Shown here: positions 28,220-32,000 of the stretch, in pieces
How positions within the stretch are numbered: position 1 is the stretch's first letter
Layout: each line of letters starts with the position of its first letter
Assembly (NCBI GenBank): GCA_031316235.1
Contig: JALDRA010000001.1
Span: forward strand, 1,920,001 to 1,952,000
Length of the DNA stretch: 32,000 nucleotides
Source: Candidatus Scalindua sp.
GTDB lineage: Bacteria > Planctomycetota > Brocadiia > Brocadiales > Scalinduaceae
Direction of reading: 5' to 3'
Position numbers and translations under genes: made by a program
Notes under the pieces: model-generated
Databases searched by the model: none
The model's input: the letters and a program-made list of their open reading frames with translations, nothing else
What the model was told of the DNA's origin: nothing

Positions 28220-29563
28220 CTACTTGGTAAGTTCTTTTTCTATTTTTCTTAAGATTACAGAAAAATTTCGATCTGTTTTTTGTAGTTTTTTGATTTTTTC
28301 ATTAGCATGCATCACAGTAGTATGATCTCTCCCGCCCAGATAACCGCCTATTTCTTTAAGAGAAAGATTCGTAAACTTTCGCGCTAAATACATTGCTATC
28401 TGTCTGGGCAACGTAATAGATTTAAATTTTCTTCTAGAGAGAATCTGAGAAATCTGGATGTTAAAATGTCTTGTAACAGTTCTTAATATATCTTCTATGC
28501 CAAGAAGTTTTTTTTTCTCAGCAAAACCTTCAATTACCTGCTTTACGAGATCCAAATTTAGCACTTCTTTACTAATTGATGCGTATCGTGCTAAATTTAC
28601 CAGGGTACCCTCGATTTCTCTCACATTTGAGGAAGCATTTTCTGCAATGAAGTTTGCAGCGTCGTTTGATATATTTAAGTTCGCTAACGCAGCTTTTCTT
28701 TGTATGATTGCTATGCTCGTCTCAAAACTTGGCGGGTCAATTCTCGTTATAAGCCCCCACCTGAATCTAGATATGAGCCGTTCCTCTATTGTTGGTATCT
28801 CTTCGGGTGGACAATCACTTGAAAGAACAATTTGCTTTTGTCTGTTATACAAGCTATTGAAAGTATGGAAGAACTCTTCACGGGAACTTTGTGATTTTGC
28901 TAAAAACTGCACATCATCAATTAATAAAAAATCTACGTTTCTGTACATATTTCTAAAACCATTCCAGTCTCCAGTCCTTATGGTGGAAATATAGTGGTTG
29001 ATAAAACTCTCGCAGGGCAGAAACAATGTGTTGTGTTGACGTGCCTGTTGTTGTAAATATATGGCTTGGAGCAGGTGTGTTTTTCCCAGGCCTACCTGGC
29101 CGTGGATAAATAAAGGATTATAAGAAGTGCCGGGTGATTCAGCAACGGCAAGTGCAGCGGCATGTGTCAGGCGGTTACAGGGTCCAACTAAAAAATTGTC
29201 AAACGTGTAGTTCTTATTTATATAATACTGCGTTTCTATCGTTTTTGGAACAATCGATTTTTGAGCAGGATCTACCAATCCTCTTTTATTATCATCCGCA
29301 ATGAGTGATATAGTTATTTTGGAATTTGTTGCCTCAAAAATGGCAGATATAATGACATCCATGTAATTTTTTTCCAACCACTCCTTGCAGTAGAGATTTG
29401 GTACTTTAATGGAAATTTCATGTCTGTTTATTTTGTTGAGACTTAAGTTTTCAAACCAGGTGGTAAATTGTTGAGGTGAGATATTTTCCTTGATATTTTC
29501 CCTGATGGAAAACCAGGTATCTTTATCTTTTTGCGGTAGATTACTCATTGATAAGTCCAGCAC
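28220..29563 (-). CDS. dnaA: chromosomal replication initiator protein DnaA
   Basis: Walker A GQVGLGKTHLLQAI, Walker B LLIDDVQFL, sensor/box VII regions, and C-terminal DNA-binding HTH (..IAMYLARKFTNLSLKEIGGYLGGRDHTTVMHA). The longest ORF starts at a GTG (29563); an alternative ATG lies at 29548. Confidence 0.97.
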   Translation of the reverse strand: MLDLSMSNLPQKDKDTWFSIRENIKENISPQQFTTWFENLSLNKINRHEISIKVPNLYCKEWLEKNYMDVIISAIFEATNSKITISLIADDNKRGLVDPAQKSIVPKTIETQYYINKNYTFDNFLVGPCNRLTHAAALAVAESPGTSYNPLFIHGQVGLGKTHLLQAIYLQQQARQHNTLFLPCESFINHYISTIRTGDWNGFRNMYRNVDFLLIDDVQFLAKSQSSREEFFHTFNSLYNRQKQIVLSSDCPPEEIPTIEERLISRFRWGLITRIDPPSFETSIAIIQRKAALANLNISNDAANFIAENASSNVREIEGTLVNLARYASISKEVLNLDLVKQVIEGFAEKKKLLGIEDILRTVTRHFNIQISQILSRRKFKSITLPRQIAMYLARKFTNLSLKEIGGYLGGRDHTTVMHANEKIKKLQKTDRNFSVILRKIEKELTK

Positions 29564-29864
29564 GGTTCTGTGAAGTCTTGAATTTTGCTGATTACTATTG
29601 CTCAGGTTCCTACGGTAGGATAAAACAGGTTTTTGGTTTCAGGAACATCTGAACCCCGGAAATTTTGATTACTGTTTGATAGATGAGCTTAAAGATCTGA
29701 TGATTTCCATAGTTTGAATGGTATGATTTCAATAATTTTCATACACCCATTAAATTTGGCAACTACGTTTAACGTTAGTTGTTCTCAGCCGATTTTATAT
29801 TGGAATTATACTGCTAATTTCTATAAGATCAAGTGTTAAGTCAAAAAGGGATTAGGGAAAAAGG

Positions 29865-30047
29865 TTGACTTTATTTATGCTTGTATGCTATATACTAACG
29901 GTGATCTGATTTTAGAGTTTTCTAAAAAAATCAATGCATGGTTGCAGTTAGATTCGTTCCATTTTCTATCGGATTTTATTAGAAAACCAATACGAGATGA
30001 TTATTTGGTTGATTTTTGTTTTTAACTGTAGCCGCTGCATTCTGTAG
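29865..30047 (+). repeat. promoter + structured-leader module, copy C, with a 16-codon ORF, upstream of the cupin/DUF2249 operon
   Basis: -35 TTGACT (29865-29870), 18-nt spacer, extended -10 TGcTATATA (-10 at 29889-29894). Hairpin 1 TGATTTT/AAAATCA (29907-29913 / 29927-29933). Degenerate hairpin 2 TCGGA-TTTTA-TTAGA (29969-29983). CGAG-ATG at 29997, then ATG ATT ATT TGG ... CTG TAG (MIIWLIFVFNCSRCIL*, to 30047). Confidence 0.7.
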
Positions 30048-30083
30048 AGTTATTTTGATAAAGATTTCAGCATGGGGGATTAA

Positions 30084-30383
30084 TTGAACATTATCAAGTT
30101 GAAAGAGAAGGTTAAGTTTAACAGGCAATTTAGTCCTCAGATAATGTATATTTCTCCTTCATTAAAGGTGCCGCTTATCTGCCTTGAAGCCGGGCAGGAG
30201 ATACCCCCGCATCCAAGTGGCGCAGGTATTTTTTGTGTTTTGGAAGGAAAAGGTGTCATGGTTGTTGGAGAGAAAGAAGTAAGTCTCTCCCCGGGGCAAG
30301 TCGTGGTAGCGCCAGAGGGTTCCAAGAGAGGAATCAAGGCTATCGAGAACCTTGTAGCATTAGCCTTTCATTTAAGCTCTTAA
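30084..30383 (+). CDS. cupin domain protein
   Basis: 99 aa. Cupin_2-like LEAGQEIPPHPSGAGIFCVLEGKGVMVVGEKEVSLSPGQVVVAPEGSKRGIKA. TTG start with a GGGGGA Shine-Dalgarno 5-6 nt upstream. Confidence 0.75.
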   Translation: MNIIKLKEKVKFNRQFSPQIMYISPSLKVPLICLEAGQEIPPHPSGAGIFCVLEGKGVMVVGEKEVSLSPGQVVVAPEGSKRGIKAIENLVALAFHLSS

Positions 30384-30393
30384 GAATAGGAAA

Positions 30394-30693
30394 ATGATGA
30401 AATTAGATGAAATTGTCGAGTTTTCCAGTGAGAAAACAGTATCAAAGCTATTGCATGAAACAGAAAAAGTAAAGTCAGTTTTCCTTTGTATGAGTGAAGG
30501 CCAGACAGACCTGCACGATAGTGTGAATTGCAAGGTGGCAATATTAGTATACTCCGGCTGCGGAAGTGTATCTACGAATGATGATGAATACGATGTCGAG
30601 GAAAAGGATCTGATCGTGTTTGAAAGAAACGAGGACAGAGTACTTAAGGCCAGAACGAAGCTTACAGCCGTTGTTACATTTATACAGGAATAA
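30394..30693 (+). CDS. cupin-like small protein (paralogue-sized, metal ligands not evident)
   Basis: 99 aa, the same length and beta-strand pattern as the preceding cupin (..VFLCMSEGQTDLHDSVNCKVAILVYSGCGSV....YDVEEKDLIVFERNEDRVLKA). It starts 10 nt after the previous stop. Confidence 0.5.
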   Translation: MMKLDEIVEFSSEKTVSKLLHETEKVKSVFLCMSEGQTDLHDSVNCKVAILVYSGCGSVSTNDDEYDVEEKDLIVFERNEDRVLKARTKLTAVVTFIQE

Positions 30694-30722
30694 TAATTTT
30701 TTATAATGAAAGGAATAAGATA

Positions 30723-30959
30723 ATGTCTGAAAGTAAAACGGTTACCCTGGATGTTCGAGATATCCAGCCGCGTGACAGACACCCAAAAATATTTAATACC
30801 TTTGATTCTTTGCAGGCGGGAGAAATGATGGTATTAATCAATGATCATGATCCGAAACCCCTTAAATATCAACTTGATGCAGAGAGAACAGGCCAGTTCG
30901 ATTGGGAATATAAACTTTCAGGTCCGGAAGAATGGAAGGTAGAGATTATAAAAAAATAA
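30723..30959 (+). CDS. DUF2249 domain protein
   Basis: LDVRDIQPRDRHPKIFNTFDSLQAGEMMVLINDHDPKPLKYQLDAE..GQFDWEY...GPEEWKVEI is the characteristic DUF2249 pattern. AAAGGA Shine-Dalgarno 9 nt upstream. Confidence 0.85.
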   Translation: MSESKTVTLDVRDIQPRDRHPKIFNTFDSLQAGEMMVLINDHDPKPLKYQLDAERTGQFDWEYKLSGPEEWKVEIIKK

Positions 30960-30966
30960 GGGCTCT

Positions 30967-32000
30967 CTAACTTGTATATACTGTTCCGTCTTTCAAGAGA
31001 TTTTCGAATCTGTCCATTCCTTTTTCAATATTTTCAAAAGATGTAGCATACGATATCCTGATGTGGGAGTCTGAGCCAAAGCAGATACCAGGAATAAAAG
31101 CAACTTTGGCTTTATCAAGAACAATATCTACGAGTTCGCTGGAGGTATTTGCAGTCTTTCCAGCAATATTTTTTCCGAAGAGTTCAGAGATATTTGGAAA
31201 TACATAAAAGGCGCCTTTAGGTGATGGACACGACAGCCCTTCAATATTATTGAGTCTTTTCACAATATATTGCCTTCTCTTGTCAAATTCAGAAATCATT
31301 TTGGACACGGTATCATCTTTTTTCACGAGTGCTGCTATTGATGCCTTCTGTGTAAAAGAGTTTGGACATGAGGTTGAATGGTCCTGTATAAGTGTGGCAG
31401 CTGTGATCAATTCTTCTGGACCAGCTGTGTAGCCTATACGCCAACCAGTCATTGAGAATGTTTTGGAAAGACCGTTAATAGTAATAACATTGTTAAAAAA
31501 ATTTTCTCCAAAAGAAGCTGGACTGTAATGCAATGCCCCGTCATACAGCATCTTTTCATAAATCTCATCTGATATAACATATAATCCAGCTGAAATTGCA
31601 AAATCGACAATTTCATAAAGCTCTTCTTTTGTATAAACTGTGCCTGTTGGGTTACACGGGCTGTTTAATATCAACATTTTTGTCTTATCTGTCATATTTC
31701 GCTTTAGATCATCTATGGTCAACTTAAAGTCAGTGCTGTCAGTAGTTTTAATAATCACAGGAACACTGTTTGCTAAAGTGATCTGTTCAGGATAACTCAC
31801 CCAGTAAGGTGATTGAACTAAAACTTCATCGCCCCTATTGCATAATGCAAGAATACAGTTATAGATTGAATGTTTTGCTCCGCATGAAACCATAACCTGC
31901 TGAGGGGAGTAGTTCAGTCCGTTTTCTTCAGACAATTTTTTACAGATAGCCTCCTTAAGTTCCAGAATTCCGGATGTGGGTGTATACTTGGTAAAACCTT
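30967..32000 (-). CDS. class I/II pyridoxal-phosphate-dependent aminotransferase (aspartate/aromatic type), 5'-truncated by the window edge
   Basis: NSPCNPTG, and the PLP-lysine motif SKTFSMTGWRIGY. The frame stays open upstream of the TTG at 31935 to the window end (..GFTKYTPTSGILELKEAICKKLSEENG), so the real start lies beyond nt 32000. Confidence 0.9.
   Translation of the reverse strand, partial: GFTKYTPTSGILELKEAICKKLSEENGLNYSPQQVMVSCGAKHSIYNCILALCNRGDEVLVQSPYWVSYPEQITLANSVPVIIKTTDSTDFKLTIDDLKRNMTDKTKMLILNSPCNPTGTVYTKEELYEIVDFAISAGLYVISDEIYEKMLYDGALHYSPASFGENFFNNVITINGLSKTFSMTGWRIGYTAGPEELITAATLIQDHSTSCPNSFTQKASIAALVKKDDTVSKMISEFDKRRQYIVKRLNNIEGLSCPSPKGAFYVFPNISELFGKNIAGKTANTSSELVDIVLDKAKVAFIPGICFGSDSHIRISYATSFENIEKGMDRFENLLKDGTVYTS

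Noticed and set aside
29564-29864. Region upstream of dnaA as an alternative oriC
   Set aside because: It is less AT-rich than the dnaA/dnaN spacer, and its best DnaA-box-like matches are only 6/9 (GTAGGATAA, ATTTCCATA). It remains a secondary possibility and cannot be excluded without GC-skew or binding data.

Overview
AT-rich bacterial chromosomal window covering the replication-origin neighbourhood. On the minus strand, dnaA-dnaN-DUF721(DciA-like)-gyrB runs from 24041 to 29563. The very AT-rich ~300 bp dnaA/dnaN spacer is the best oriC candidate. An orphan parB has two consensus parS sites (6848-6863 and 7566-7581), and a tRNA-Val(TAC)/tRNA-Asp(GTC) pair lies at 23373-23637. The remaining genes are housekeeping, metabolic or accessory: cyclophilin, glyQ, MOSC+mog, M3 oligopeptidase, LysM protein, HAD phosphatase, DJ-1, MBL hydrolase, FdhA-type molybdoenzyme, a cNMP-binding protein, a 989-aa S41 protease, a cupin-cupin-DUF2249 operon and a class-I aminotransferase. 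An accessory-looking block at 1664-5832 holds a secreted Asp-rich protein, an FGE-like protein, a tandem-DUF1566 protein and a patatin lipase. This gene content is reminiscent of PVC/Planctomycetota-type genomes, but the taxon cannot be determined from this sequence alone. No rRNA, CRISPR array, transposase or integrase was seen. Two signals are not explained by ordinary annotation. (1) A dispersed ~130 bp module occurs in four copies (5830-5959 minus; 9133-9260, 15770-15851 and 29865-30047 plus). Each copy has a sigma70-like -10 box, a ~95-nt two-hairpin leader and a start codon. One copy is fused to the patatin start codon, and two lie upstream of the MBL hydrolase and the cupin/DUF2249 operon. 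(2) A 9-nt poly-C tract (G9 on the plus strand, 3760-3768) splits the DUF1566 gene from a ~120-codon start-less continuation. This could be phase variation, a +1 frameshift or an assembly error.
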